From positions 1,917,537 through 1,981,536 of the forward strand of contig OY729417.1 in the NCBI GenBank assembly GCA_963422295.1: a stretch of 64,000 nt of DNA, in the 5' to 3' direction. This stretch comes from Dehalococcoidia bacterium (GTDB taxonomy: Bacteria; Chloroflexota; Dehalococcoidia; Lucifugimonadales; UBA1123). The position numbers and the translations under genes were made by a program. Below the pieces are notes generated by a model. That model was not told where the DNA came from. It saw only the letters and a list, made by a program, of their open reading frames with translations, and did no database searches. Below are positions 9,314 through 19,963 of this stretch, piece after piece. Each line of letters starts with the position of its first letter. The stretch's first letter is position 1.

Positions 9314-10213
9314 ATGCCTATAGAACGACACCATCCAGACCTCGACCGTCTGCTTACTACTGACCAGCCCATCGAGCAGATCGGCAGCGGATATGGCGGC
9401 AGCGGCGGCCCGACTGAAGGACCGTTGTGGTGGCATGAAGGCGGATTCCTGCTGTTTAGCGATATTCACAACAACCGCCGTATGCGCTGGGCCGAAGGGC
9501 AAGGCGCCAGCGTTCACCAACAGCCGACGAACCACGCTAACGGCCTCACGCGCGATCTCAAAGGCAGGCTCATCGCATGCGAGCATAGCTCCGGGCGCGT
9601 AACGCGGCAAGAGGCGGATGGCGAAATCACCGTCGTCGCCAACAGCTATCGCGGCAGCAGACTCAATCGCCCGAACGATGCCGTGGTGAAGTCGGACGGA
9701 AGCATCTACTTCACCAATCCGGGCGCGCCCGAACCCGGGTTGGAACTCGACTACTCCGGCGTGTATATGGTTTCGCCCGATCTCGGCTCGATCACGCTGC
9801 TGGTCAGGGACTTCCTGTTTCCCAACGGCCTCGCCTTCTCCCCGGATGAGAGCGTCTTGTACATCGATGATACCCGCAGACAGCATATCCGTGCCTTCGA
9901 TGTCCAGCCCAACGGCATGCTCGCGTTGGCATCCGACCGCGTGCTGTGCGACCTGAGTGGTGAGCGTCCGGGCGTACCGGACGGCTTGAAAGTAGATATC
10001 GAGGGTAATATCTACTGCGGCGGCTCCGGCGGCGTCTGGGTTATCGCGCCCGATGGACGACACCTAGGCACGATCGTACACGGCGAATCCGCTACGACCA
10101 ATGTTGCCTTCGGCGGGGACGACTGGCGGACGCTGTTCATCACCACTTGGAACACCGTCTGCCGCGTGCGCGTCTCGATACCCGGCATGCCAGTGCCGAC
10201 GAGCGCGGGATAG
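9314..10213 (+). CDS. SMP-30/gluconolactonase/LRE family protein
   Basis: AGGAG RBS. Beta-propeller repeat signatures EGPLWW, PNDAVVKSDGSIYFT, PNGLAFSPDE and PDGLKVD. Confidence 0.85.
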   Translation: MPIERHHPDLDRLLTTDQPIEQIGSGYGGSGGPTEGPLWWHEGGFLLFSDIHNNRRMRWAEGQGASVHQQPTNHANGLTRDLKGRLIACEHSSGRVTRQEADGEITVVANSYRGSRLNRPNDAVVKSDGSIYFTNPGAPEPGLELDYSGVYMVSPDLGSITLLVRDFLFPNGLAFSPDESVLYIDDTRRQHIRAFDVQPNGMLALASDRVLCDLSGERPGVPDGLKVDIEGNIYCGGSGGVWVIAPDGRHLGTIVHGESATTNVAFGGDDWRTLFITTWNTVCRVRVSIPGMPVPTSAG

Positions 10214-10280
10214 CGCAGGCAAAGAGGGCGGAAAGAAAAGATAGAAGACGGGGAGCAGACAGGCTTGCCGCTATGAGGAG

Positions 10281-11654
10281 CTAGGAACTGCTTATTTTGG
10301 GCTTTCTGACGAACAGCATCAGCGCGGCGCCGAGAAAGCTGAGCGCGGCAAATGCGGTGAACGGGGCGATGTATGTTCCTGTGGTGTCGAACATGTAGCC
10401 TGCGAACAGAGGCGCGAAGATCATGGCAATGTTCATCGGCAGCTGCGATACGCCCATGATGGTGGCGAACGCTTTGCGTCCGAAATAGTCGCCGCGAATC
10501 GCCGTCGTGAGTGGGCTGCGCCCGCCGAATCCCATGCCGTATAGCAGCGCGAACAGGTATGCCATTGGCGCGCTGTCGAACAGCGCGATTATCAGAATCC
10601 CCACACCCTGAAGCATCAGGAAGAACGCTATCATCAGCGTTTTGGGAAGTCTGTCGGCGAAGTATCCGGATACTAACTGCGTCGGCAGCGCGACTATCGT
10701 ATAGGCCAGCACCACTGTGCCAGCGCCGGTCAGGGACATTCCTGTATCTGTCAGCTTCGGCACCAGATGGAGCGCGAGTGTTACGATGGATACGCTCGAT
10801 GCCACCTGCGCTATGGTAAGCATCCAGAATGCAGGTGTTTTGAGCGCCTGCCAGACGGTGAAATCCGGCTCGTCGTCTTCGTCGGTCGTGGTCTGCGTCT
10901 GCTCGTTCGCCGTAGGATTTGCACCATCTCCATCGGGTCTCAGCCCCATATCCTCCGGGCGCGAGCGTATCGCCTTTGTCGCAGGCCCGACTATCACCAG
11001 CAGCAGGATGCCGATGCCCAGCGCGGCTCCGTCGAACCCTGCGCGTTCTATCGCAAACGCTAGAACCGGAACCAGCAGGCCGCCCAGATGTATTCCCGAC
11101 ATCGCAGACGCCATCGCCATCGTTCGCTTACGGCTGAACCAGTTGTTGACCATCGCAATTAGCGCCAGCCAGCCGCCGAGACCAGACCCCAGCGTTACGA
11201 ACATGTATGCGCCGTAGAAATGGATCAGCGGCTCGTCCACAGACTGGAACGGCAGGAATCGCAGGGTAAAATCTAGCCATGACAGCATCCCTGTCGCGCC
11301 GAGCGTATCTATTTGCGACAGCCAGATGAAGCCCAGCCCCATCATGGTGTATCCGATAAGCACCATGCGTCGCGTGCCGACCCTGTCCACTAGCACGCCT
11401 TCTATCGGCCCCAGCACCGCGCCCTCTACGCGCGCCAGCGAGAAGGCGAGCGAGAGCTGAGTTCGCGTCCATGCGTACTGGCGCTCCAGCGCGACCAGCA
11501 TCGTTCCGAGACCTTGGAACACAGTCAGCGACATGAGCGTCAGCATGAGCGCGGCGAGGGCGACGAGCCACCAGCCATAGAATACGCCGCGTGTGTCGGA
11601 TGCGATTTTTCTAGGCGAGCTTATCGCGCGCCGGACAGAATCGACTCTGGACAT
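10281..11654 (-). CDS. MFS transporter
   Basis: 457 aa with about 12 hydrophobic segments and a central hydrophilic loop. Close paralog of 32622-34025 (shared FYGWW and W.RTQLSLAF...EG..LGPIEG.L.DR.GTRR blocks). Confidence 0.85.
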   Translation of the reverse strand: MSRVDSVRRAISSPRKIASDTRGVFYGWWLVALAALMLTLMSLTVFQGLGTMLVALERQYAWTRTQLSLAFSLARVEGAVLGPIEGVLVDRVGTRRMVLIGYTMMGLGFIWLSQIDTLGATGMLSWLDFTLRFLPFQSVDEPLIHFYGAYMFVTLGSGLGGWLALIAMVNNWFSRKRTMAMASAMSGIHLGGLLVPVLAFAIERAGFDGAALGIGILLLVIVGPATKAIRSRPEDMGLRPDGDGANPTANEQTQTTTDEDDEPDFTVWQALKTPAFWMLTIAQVASSVSIVTLALHLVPKLTDTGMSLTGAGTVVLAYTIVALPTQLVSGYFADRLPKTLMIAFFLMLQGVGILIIALFDSAPMAYLFALLYGMGFGGRSPLTTAIRGDYFGRKAFATIMGVSQLPMNIAMIFAPLFAGYMFDTTGTYIAPFTAFAALSFLGAALMLFVRKPKISSS

Positions 11655-11952
11655 GTCCTATCTATTATGACTGCAAATGCGTGCTTTTGCCGAATGGGTC
11701 GAGACAGAGAGGTGAACTATCTATATATATACTGAATATATACTGACCAGCCACCTTAGTCAGTCCGAGATTATCACGAAAGTCGTAGAAGATGATAGAC
11801 AGTGGTAATTGACACTGCATCGATATAAGAGTATAACGATGAACAATTGTGCGGAATCGTCACGCGGCGATGGAAGGGATCAGTGAATTTCATGCACTTC
11901 TATGATGAACAAAATATATGAATTATGAATATGGAGATAATGGAGATATAGG

Positions 11953-13947
11953 ATGAGACGAATACTTCGTCCGACTGTTTTTATAACTACTGCAATGCTG
12001 ACACTTGCGCTGCTGTTCTCGGTTGCGTGCAGCGACGACGAGCCTGAGCCTGAGCCGACGGCTGCGCCAGCTCCGACATCCACGCCTGAGCCGACAGTGG
12101 CTGCGGCACAACCGACTGTCGCTCCGGCACAGCTTACTCCTCCCCCCCTTGCTCCGACATCTGTGCCTTCCGCCCCGTCTCAGCCGACGGCGATACCGGT
12201 GCCGATAGCGACGACGGGTGGGGAAGCTCCAGAACCCAAGAATGCGCAGGGAACCATAGTTTTCGCGCAGTCGAGCTTGGCATGTAATCCCGGCGCAGGC
12301 ACTGTCTTCTGCGGACAGTACGATGCTGTAGCTTGGGGTGTTGGTGAAGACCTTTTCACATGGAGATGGCGTGATGACAGCACTGTCGAATATGCTGCAG
12401 GCCAGCTCGCCGAAGGTTGGGAACTCGCATCCGACGGCCTGAGCGTTAATATCGACATCAGGCAGGGAGTCGAGTTTCACAAAGGCTGGGGCCCGATGAC
12501 CGCGCAGGATGTGGCATGGACTTATAATCAGGTCAACCCACTCATTACGACGCATAGCATCGCGCCGAGCGCATCGTATTTCTCCACTCTGTTCGGAGAG
12601 AACTCTGCGGTTGCTACTAGCGATTCCACCGTTGAGTACACATTCGCCGCAGTCGATTCTCATTGGCACACCTATATGATGAACGGCAACGGCTATGTCG
12701 GCCTTGTCGTGCATCCGGAGGCGGCGCAGGAGCAGAACGGCGAGGACTGGATGCGCGAGAATTTCGTTGGCACTGGCCCATTCGAGGTGGATGAGTGGAT
12801 ACGGGATGACCGCGCCGTGTTCACCAAGTTCGAAGATCACTGGCAGTTCGACCCTCAGATAGATCGAGTGATAATACGGTCGATGCCAGAAGATGCGACG
12901 CGCGTCGCTGCGCTGAAGACTGGTGAGCTGGACGCTGTCGAACTCGCCATCAAGAGCGTGCCGGAGGCGCTGGACGCCGGATTCGCCGGCACATCGTCCG
13001 GGAATGCTAGTCAGCAAGGTGTCATCTTCTCAGGAAACCTGTGGGAGACGCACAACGCGTTGACTGGCGAGGACCTCAATACTCCCGCCAACGGCGTTTA
13101 CGCCCGAGATATCGAGTGGATCGGCAACCCGTATAGGGGCTCCGACGGCAACGACCCGGATGCGCTGGCTTGCCCGGCAGGGGCCGACCCGATGGACATG
13201 GCCCAGAGCTGCGGCGATATGGAGCAGGCGAGACTCGTCCGCTGGGCAGTCGCTATGGCTATCGACAAAGAAGAGATCAACGAACATCTTCTCAACGATC
13301 TAGGGTGGCCTGTACATGTCGGATATGTGGACGAGAAGAGCGAGTTCTGGGACACTAAGTGGGAGTATCCATACGACCCAGCTATGGCGGAAGAGTATCT
13401 GGACAAGGCCGGATTCCCCAAAGGTGACAACGGCGTACGGTTCGAGATGCCGCTGTTTATAAGCTCTGGTCACACAGGCGGACTGGGCGAGGAGATTGGC
13501 GACGCCATTGGCGGCATGATGACCGATATCGGCATCAAGACTGAGGTGCTGAAGTTCCCCTATGCTGTCTATCGCCCCGGCCTAGTAAACCGCAGCGCGA
13601 CCGTACCGAGACTCACATCCGGCGACGACGGTCAGACCATATACCCGTTCGACTGGCCCAAGGGCATCGAGGAATCCAGCCTCTCCAGAGGCGGCTACTG
13701 CATGTGCTACGAGACGACATGGATTAGCGAGATATACCTCGATGTGGCTGAAGAGAACGATCCGGAGAAGCGGATAGAACTAAACCGTCGATACTTCGAC
13801 TTGATGCACTTCTGGGCGCTCAAGCCGGGCGTGGTGGCTGTGCCAAATCTGACCATCTACAACCCGAACTCCATCGAGGAGTGGGTCATGGAGCCGACGC
13901 CGTTTGGTACTTCGGCATTCTGGAACATCGTCCCGAAGGCGCGATAA
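11953..13947 (+). CDS. ABC transporter substrate-binding lipoprotein (family 5, peptide/nickel type)
   Basis: Signal peptide with lipobox LLFSVAC, then a roughly 70-aa Pro/Thr/Ala linker, then a family-5 SBP-sized domain. Two Dpp/Opp-type permease genes follow. Confidence 0.85.
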   Translation: MRRILRPTVFITTAMLTLALLFSVACSDDEPEPEPTAAPAPTSTPEPTVAAAQPTVAPAQLTPPPLAPTSVPSAPSQPTAIPVPIATTGGEAPEPKNAQGTIVFAQSSLACNPGAGTVFCGQYDAVAWGVGEDLFTWRWRDDSTVEYAAGQLAEGWELASDGLSVNIDIRQGVEFHKGWGPMTAQDVAWTYNQVNPLITTHSIAPSASYFSTLFGENSAVATSDSTVEYTFAAVDSHWHTYMMNGNGYVGLVVHPEAAQEQNGEDWMRENFVGTGPFEVDEWIRDDRAVFTKFEDHWQFDPQIDRVIIRSMPEDATRVAALKTGELDAVELAIKSVPEALDAGFAGTSSGNASQQGVIFSGNLWETHNALTGEDLNTPANGVYARDIEWIGNPYRGSDGNDPDALACPAGADPMDMAQSCGDMEQARLVRWAVAMAIDKEEINEHLLNDLGWPVHVGYVDEKSEFWDTKWEYPYDPAMAEEYLDKAGFPKGDNGVRFEMPLFISSGHTGGLGEEIGDAIGGMMTDIGIKTEVLKFPYAVYRPGLVNRSATVPRLTSGDDGQTIYPFDWPKGIEESSLSRGGYCMCYETTWISEIYLDVAEENDPEKRIELNRRYFDLMHFWALKPGVVAVPNLTIYNPNSIEEWVMEPTPFGTSAFWNIVPKAR

Positions 13948-14024
13948 GCGAACTAAACCGCGCTCTCACAGAACCCTCTCACAGAATCCTATTGATGTGA
14001 GTGGGCACGGGAGAGAATGGCCTG

Positions 14025-14063
14025 CTGGGTTTCCGTTCCCTGTTTTACAGGACGGGAACCCAG
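14025..14063 (+). other. imperfect intercistronic stem-loop between SBP and permease genes
   Basis: ctgggtttccgttccctg / caggacgggaacccag arms around a tttta loop, read directly from sequence. There is no clear U-tract. Confidence 0.3.
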
Positions 14064-14160
14064 CTAGGCGCAGAAATAGGACGATTGGGAAAGACTTTTA
14101 AGGATGGCCGATGCTGATGCCCATTGCTGGCAGGTCGAGTACTGACGATAGGCCATTGCG

Positions 14161-15114
14161 ATGAGACGATTTCTGATCAGACGGGCATATTTCGCCGTGC
14201 TGTCGCTGTTTGCGGCGACGCTTATTGTGTTCGGACTGTCCAGAGTCAAGGGTGATCCCCTCCTCGTATATACGCAGGAGGGTGGCGGATATGGTCTCAG
14301 TGAACAGCAGAAAGAGGATATATCGCGCTATCTGGGCTTGGACAAGCCTCTGATCGTGCAATATCTGGTGTGGGTAGGGAACTCGCTGCGTGGAGACTTC
14401 GGCAAGACGCTTCTCGACCGCGCGCCGGTGTCCGGCCTGATTTGGGGGAAGCTCGGCGCGACGGTGCAGCTCGCGGTTGCCGCGTGGGTGTTCGCCATCG
14501 TTACTGGCGTTCCGCTGGGTGTGCTGTCGGCTACTAGACGCGGCGAAATGCTCGACTACATCGGCAGAGGATTTGCGTTGTTCGGACAGGCACTACCGCA
14601 GTTCTGGATAGCCATTATGGCAATCGTCATATTCGCTGTGCAGCTCGACTGGTTGCCTGCGTCCGGTCGAGCGCTTCCGGGTGCGGACATCTGGAAGCAG
14701 ATGCAACATTTCGTTCTTCCGACCATAACGCTTGGCTGGCTCGGTTCGGCGACATACCTTCGGCTTGTACGCTCGTCGATGCTGGAGGTGCTGGATTCGG
14801 AGTTCGTCAAGCTCGCTCGCGCTAAGGGTATTCAGAGCCGAACTGTCGTATGGAAGCATGCTTTCAGAAATGCTCTCATCCCGCCTATCACATATTCCAG
14901 CCTGTTTCTCGCCAGTTTCATAACCGGCGCCACTGTGGTGGAGCTAGTCTTCGCATGGCCCGGTATTGGGCGTCTGGCGCTGACCGCTGTGGACAACAAC
15001 GATTTCGCTCTGCTGACTGGTATCGTGATGTTCTTTGCTGTTGCATACATATTTTTCAACTTCATCGCGGATGTGCTATACGGCCTGGTCGATCCAAGAA
15101 TACGCTATCAATAA
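14161..15114 (+). CDS. ABC transporter permease (DppB/OppB type)
   Basis: N-terminus MRRFLIRRAYFAVLSLF.ATLIVFGL.R..GDP and C-terminus DVLYGLVDPRIRY are hallmarks of the family. Confidence 0.9.
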   Translation: MRRFLIRRAYFAVLSLFAATLIVFGLSRVKGDPLLVYTQEGGGYGLSEQQKEDISRYLGLDKPLIVQYLVWVGNSLRGDFGKTLLDRAPVSGLIWGKLGATVQLAVAAWVFAIVTGVPLGVLSATRRGEMLDYIGRGFALFGQALPQFWIAIMAIVIFAVQLDWLPASGRALPGADIWKQMQHFVLPTITLGWLGSATYLRLVRSSMLEVLDSEFVKLARAKGIQSRTVVWKHAFRNALIPPITYSSLFLASFITGATVVELVFAWPGIGRLALTAVDNNDFALLTGIVMFFAVAYIFFNFIADVLYGLVDPRIRYQ

Positions 15115-15174
15115 TCAGTAATTAGCAGCAGGCATCTCGGAAATCAGATCCGAAAGACAGGGCGGAACAGGTCA

Positions 15175-16092
15175 ATGGTGTCCATACCCGTAGAGGACGC
15201 GTCGGCATCGGCGACTTCAATACTCGGCAAAGTGTGGTATGTGCTTCGCCGCTGGCCGATTTTGCCGCTGATTGTGCTGGCGGTACTGGTGATCTCCGGT
15301 ATATTCGCGCCGTTGCTCTCGCCCCAAGACCCTCTGGATCAGGAGCTGCCGTTGCGGAATGCGCCGCCGTTCTGGTATTCCGAGTTTTGGGACGCAGAGG
15401 ACGAGTTCGATGGCACATCACGGCTGCTAGGCGCTGACCATGTCGGGCGCGATGTGCTGAGCCGTATCATACATGGCGCGCGTATCTCGCTTCAGGTACT
15501 TGCAGTGTCGCTCACGACGGGCGTCCTGATCGGGACGACGCTCGGCCTGGTCGCCGGCTATGTGGGAGGGTTGGTGGACGAGCTGATAATGCGCTTGGTC
15601 GATGTGTGGCTTGCTCTGCCGTTCGTACTTATTGCATTGGTAGCTGTTGTCGTGCTGGGCTCGAGCCTTTGGCTCGTCATGGCTCTCTTGGCGATGTTTA
15701 CATGGGCTTCGTTCGTGCGCTATGTACGCGCGGAGGTGCTGTCGCTCAAGGAGAGGGACTATGTCGCGCTGGCGAAAGTCGCGGGCGCGTCCAATCTGAG
15801 AATCATGCTGCGCCATATACTGCCGGGCGTGTTGAACACTGTCATCGTAGTAACGACCCTGAGCGTTGGACAGCTTATCTTGACGGAGGCCACACTGAGC
15901 TTTATCGGCGCTGGTATCCCCTCGCCGACGCCCGCATGGGGGCTGATCGTGTCCGAAGGCCGCTCGTATGTTGTCGTCGCGTGGTGGAGTACATTCTTCC
16001 CGGGCCTTGCCATATTCTTGGTGGTGATGTCTCTGAACTTCCTCGGAGACTGGATGCGCGATCGCTTCGACCCGAGGCTGAGACAGCTTTAG
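15175..16092 (+). CDS. ABC transporter permease (DppC/OppC type)
   Basis: LLGADHVGRDVLSRIIHGARISL and the C-terminal GDWMRDRFDPRL are typical of DppC/OppC. Confidence 0.9.
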   Translation: MVSIPVEDASASATSILGKVWYVLRRWPILPLIVLAVLVISGIFAPLLSPQDPLDQELPLRNAPPFWYSEFWDAEDEFDGTSRLLGADHVGRDVLSRIIHGARISLQVLAVSLTTGVLIGTTLGLVAGYVGGLVDELIMRLVDVWLALPFVLIALVAVVVLGSSLWLVMALLAMFTWASFVRYVRAEVLSLKERDYVALAKVAGASNLRIMLRHILPGVLNTVIVVTTLSVGQLILTEATLSFIGAGIPSPTPAWGLIVSEGRSYVVVAWWSTFFPGLAIFLVVMSLNFLGDWMRDRFDPRLRQL

Positions 16093-16535
16093 ATTCTCGG
16101 TCTGTATGCTGTCCGCACAGCCCGAACTGCCATTCCAAACAGGTTCGCGCCCAGCGTCGCTCCGACGGTGATGCCTGTTAACGCTGGAATGCCCGGTTTG
16201 CCTACCAGCTTGAAAACATCGCGGCTGTCGTAGAGGCCGATTCCCGCGCCGATCATAGAGGCGGCCAGCGTAAGCAGCAGGATAGTCACTAGCCACCAGC
16301 TATTTGGAATACTGCTAGTCCATGCAAGATAGCTGCCGGCGGCGGCTCCGATTCCAACTATCAGCACGCCCATGAGCGCGAAGTTTATCTCACTGACCTC
16401 CCATATAGACTGCACAATCGGCAGAGCGATGATGTACAGCCCCAGCCCCAGCGTGGCGGACAAGAATAGCCCCAAAGCCGCGAGCGCGGCGAATATCAGG
16501 AGGTATTCCATAATATCTCGAAGATCGATTTGCAT
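16089..16535 (-). CDS. small integral membrane protein, unknown function
   Basis: The hydrophobic part of ORF 16089-16868 starts at the internal ATG (MQIDLRDIMEYLLIFAAL...), with about 4 TM segments. The upstream part of the tracked ORF overlaps the promoter and start of the SDR gene on the other strand. Confidence 0.5.
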   Translation of the reverse strand: MQIDLRDIMEYLLIFAALAALGLFLSATLGLGLYIIALPIVQSIWEVSEINFALMGVLIVGIGAAAGSYLAWTSSIPNSWWLVTILLLTLAASMIGAGIGLYDSRDVFKLVGKPGIPALTGITVGATLGANLFGMAVRAVRTAYRPRI

Positions 16536-16798
16536 TGCGCCTCTCGCTCGTGTCTCGCTGTCAGGGTTCTGAATTACTGCGGAGTCGTTGCAATGTTGCA
16601 ATTTAGGAGACTTCTTGGATCGACAGTTAGGAATAGGGGAGACGGTTTCCGGACATCCGCAAACGATGTGTCCATGAAGGGGGATCGATGATCGGTACGC
16701 AGCGCGCTGCGCAATACTGACACAGGTACTATAACGCCTGCTATAATACCGCATGTATAAATGGATATACATGTGAATATACATAGGGAGAGAACTGT

Positions 16799-17644
16799 AT
16801 GGGAAAGCTCGAAGGCAAGGTGTGCGTGATAACAGGGGCGAGCAGAGGGATTGGCGCTGAGATTGCACGCCTGTTCGCGGCTGAGGGCGGCAGCGTCGTG
16901 GCCGCGGCGCGAACGCTGCGAGAGGGCGATCATCCGCTGGAGGGGTCGCTCGAAAAGACGGTTATGGACATACGCGAAGCGGGCGGCGAGGCAACGGCGT
17001 CTGCCGTCAATATATCGTTGCCCGAAGACTGTGAACGGCTGTTCGACGAGGCGCGCCAAGCGTATGGCAGCGTCGATGTGCTGGTCAACAACGCCGCTCT
17101 GACATACTTCATCCCAGTCGAGGATTATCCGCTTCGGCGATGGATGCGCTCTTGGGCGGTGAACTTTCACGCTCCGTTCATTCTCAGCCAGCTTGCTTTG
17201 GGCGATATGAAAGACGGCGGCGGGAGCATCGTGAATATATCTTCTGGCGCTGCGATAGGGCCTGGCAGAGGGCCTTACCCGGACACGCCAGCGAATCTGG
17301 GCGGAACTTGTTACGGCGCAGAGAAGGCCGCGCTGGAACGCTTTACGCAGGGGATGGCGCAGGAGGTATATCGTTACGGCATATCCGTAACCTGCGTCTC
17401 GCCTTCGCAGGTGGTTCCCACGCCTGGCACGGTGTTCCACAACCTCGTTACCGGCATGGATGACCCGCGAGGAGAGCATCCGGAGCTGATGGCGAAATCC
17501 GCGTTGCTGCTGGCGACGGAACCGCTGGATTCGGTTACCGGCCGCGTAACATACAGCCAGCAGATTCTCAAAGAGTTCGGCTGGATAGACTACGCTAAAG
17601 GCACGGGCGTCGAGAGGCAAGGCTCTGGATACAGCATGGTGTAG
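16799..17644 (+). CDS. SDR family oxidoreductase
   Basis: GKVCVITGASRGIG Rossmann motif, NNAAL, and YGAEKAAL (YxxxK). Confidence 0.85.
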   Translation: MGKLEGKVCVITGASRGIGAEIARLFAAEGGSVVAAARTLREGDHPLEGSLEKTVMDIREAGGEATASAVNISLPEDCERLFDEARQAYGSVDVLVNNAALTYFIPVEDYPLRRWMRSWAVNFHAPFILSQLALGDMKDGGGSIVNISSGAAIGPGRGPYPDTPANLGGTCYGAEKAALERFTQGMAQEVYRYGISVTCVSPSQVVPTPGTVFHNLVTGMDDPRGEHPELMAKSALLLATEPLDSVTGRVTYSQQILKEFGWIDYAKGTGVERQGSGYSMV

Positions 17645-17867
17645 GCTCGGAATCAGCAGTAATGGCGATGAAGAATGTGCGCTTGCCATCCGCAATTTAT
17701 ACTTATACAAAATAATAGACAATAAATACCTTGAAACAGTTCGAGATAGATACTACTCTAGCATCTGATATTGGATTACGCATAACTGACATGGTGTTAC
17801 GCGAGCGTCTGCGAGATCTCAACGGAATCGTCAATAGACCGTTGTAGAGTCAAACTCAGGAGGAAGC

Positions 17868-19931
17868 ATGAACATAACTCGAGCGAGGGTTACCAACTAC
17901 CGGAGTATCGATGATTCCGGTTGGGTGAATCTGGATAATGTGACCTGTATGGTTGGGAAGAACGAGTCTGGGAAGACTGCGTTTTTACAGGCGCTTCGGC
18001 GTTTAAACCCCGTCGGCGGAGCCAGCGGAGTCAACGGAAACTTTAACCTGCGAGACTACCCCAGAAAGGGATATGTCCGATACCGACGGCAGCATGACGG
18101 TGAGCCGGCGACTGCAATCCGCGCCGAGTTCGAGCTGAGCGACTCCGAGCTGGCCGAGCTGGAAGCGAATTTCGGAAGGGGCGTCATCAGGTCTCGCCGG
18201 GTCATTGCATCGAAGACATACAAGAACCAGCGCTATTGGGAAGTGGATATCAACGACAGCGCTGCTATTGAACATATTATTGAGACTGCTAATCTGCCCG
18301 GCGAGATTCGGCAGTATGTGGATGGCGCGACCAGCTGGCATGAACTTCATAGGCGTCTCCAATCGTTGGAGATAAAGCCTACCTCTGTTGAAAGACTGCT
18401 TGCGGACCTGCCCAACAGTAACGATCTGCGTCAGCAGATCGTGCTCAACCACCTCGAACGATACCTGCCTGAGTTCGTCTATTTCGATAATTACAGCACC
18501 ATGCGCGGCAGCATATCCATTCAGGACATCAAACAGCGTATGACTACAGGCGAGGAGTTCGACGACGCAGACCGTACATTCCTTGCTTTGCTATCTATGG
18601 TTGGAGCTGACTTAGACGACCTCGAACAGCAAATGGGTTACGAATATATGAAAGCGGAACTCGAATCCGCCTCTATAGGTATCAGCGATGAGATTTTCGA
18701 GTTCTGGAAGCAAAACACGCAACTGCGTGTGGAGTTCGACCTTTCCCAGGGGAACCCGAATGATATTCCGCCTCTGAATTCGGGAACTATCCTGCATGTC
18801 CGAATTTGGAACGACAGACATCGTGTATCCGTACCGTTCGATGAACGCTCCAAAGGTTTTGTGTGGTTCTTTAGCTTCCTCGTCTATTTCTCCCAGATAG
18901 AGAATCGGCAAGATAAAGACATGATTCTGCTGCTAGATGAGCCGGGTTTGAATCTGCATGCGCTTGCTCAGCACGACTTCCTCCGGTTCATTGAGGAGCG
19001 GCTGTCGCCCAAGTATCAGGTTATCTACACGACCCACTCCCCGTTCATGATTGACCTCGACAATCTTGCGAATGTCCGCACAGTGGAGGATATGGACAAG
19101 CTCGGCACGGTGGTAGCCTCCGATGTTCTCCAGAACAATGAGGAGACAGTGTTCCCGCTGCAGATGGCGCTCGGCTATCAACTGGCGCAGACTCTGTTCC
19201 TTGCGCCACATTGTTTGCTGGTCAATTCCGCGTCCGATATGATCTATCTTCAGGTGCTGGGCGAGATATGCGCGTCGGAAGGGCGTTCCAAACTCGATCC
19301 TCGCTGGGTCATCATCCCCGTAGGCAATGCAGAGAACCTGTCCGCATTCATATCGCTTCTCGGTGAGAATTATACTAGTCTGGCCGTGCTGATGGATGTT
19401 ACGCCGACTAACCGGGATCGTGTGGAGAGTATAAACCAATCCATGGCTGCCGATGAGCTTACGCCTGTCAAGTGGGTCGAGGTGGCGCGTGTGCGCGACG
19501 CCGATATCGAAGACCTGCTGGACCCCGGATTCTACTTGCAGCTGGTCAATGCAACCTATAGTGATTACATACAGCGGCCGATTACGCTGCGCTCGATCAC
19601 GGACAGGTCTCCGCGGATCGTCGAGCGTATTAAGTCGTACTTCCAGTCCACTGGTATAGCGGGCGGCACTTTCAACAGCTATAAGCCTGCGGCGCACTTC
19701 CTCCAGAACTACGATGTGCTACGCGGTGGCATCAATCCTGTGGTGATGGACAATGTGGCATCGATGTTCGATCGCATCAATTCGTTGCTGCCGGACAATG
19801 CTTCTACCTCTTCTGCTGGTTCGCGAGGGCGAGACATGGCCGGCGCCCTGTCGTCGGGAGAGAGAATGAGTTCCTCCTCTACTCAAGAGCTGCGCGCTCC
19901 CGGTATCACTTATGATGGTAACGGAAGATAG
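17868..19931 (+). CDS. OLD/ABC-type AAA ATPase with C-terminal TOPRIM-like region (defence-type, standalone)
   Basis: AGGAGG RBS. The N-terminus ITRARVTNYRSI...VGKNESGKTAFLQAL supplies Walker A. Also present are an ERSKGFVWFFSF signature-like block, MILLLDEPGLNLH (Walker B) and YTTHSPFM (H-loop). The C-terminal CLLVNSASDMIYLQVL...IIPVGNAENL...AVLMDVTP resembles a TOPRIM layout. Confidence 0.7.
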   Translation: MNITRARVTNYRSIDDSGWVNLDNVTCMVGKNESGKTAFLQALRRLNPVGGASGVNGNFNLRDYPRKGYVRYRRQHDGEPATAIRAEFELSDSELAELEANFGRGVIRSRRVIASKTYKNQRYWEVDINDSAAIEHIIETANLPGEIRQYVDGATSWHELHRRLQSLEIKPTSVERLLADLPNSNDLRQQIVLNHLERYLPEFVYFDNYSTMRGSISIQDIKQRMTTGEEFDDADRTFLALLSMVGADLDDLEQQMGYEYMKAELESASIGISDEIFEFWKQNTQLRVEFDLSQGNPNDIPPLNSGTILHVRIWNDRHRVSVPFDERSKGFVWFFSFLVYFSQIENRQDKDMILLLDEPGLNLHALAQHDFLRFIEERLSPKYQVIYTTHSPFMIDLDNLANVRTVEDMDKLGTVVASDVLQNNEETVFPLQMALGYQLAQTLFLAPHCLLVNSASDMIYLQVLGEICASEGRSKLDPRWVIIPVGNAENLSAFISLLGENYTSLAVLMDVTPTNRDRVESINQSMAADELTPVKWVEVARVRDADIEDLLDPGFYLQLVNATYSDYIQRPITLRSITDRSPRIVERIKSYFQSTGIAGGTFNSYKPAAHFLQNYDVLRGGINPVVMDNVASMFDRINSLLPDNASTSSAGSRGRDMAGALSSGERMSSSSTQELRAPGITYDGNGR

Positions 19932-19963
19932 TCCGAATTTCTCTCTACACTGAGATGAGACAG

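Noticed and set aside
16536-16868. 111-codon extension of the small membrane protein ORF.
   Set aside because: It is non-hydrophobic and of odd composition (MYIHMYIHLYMRYY). It runs through the promoter, RBS and first codons of the SDR gene on the other strand.
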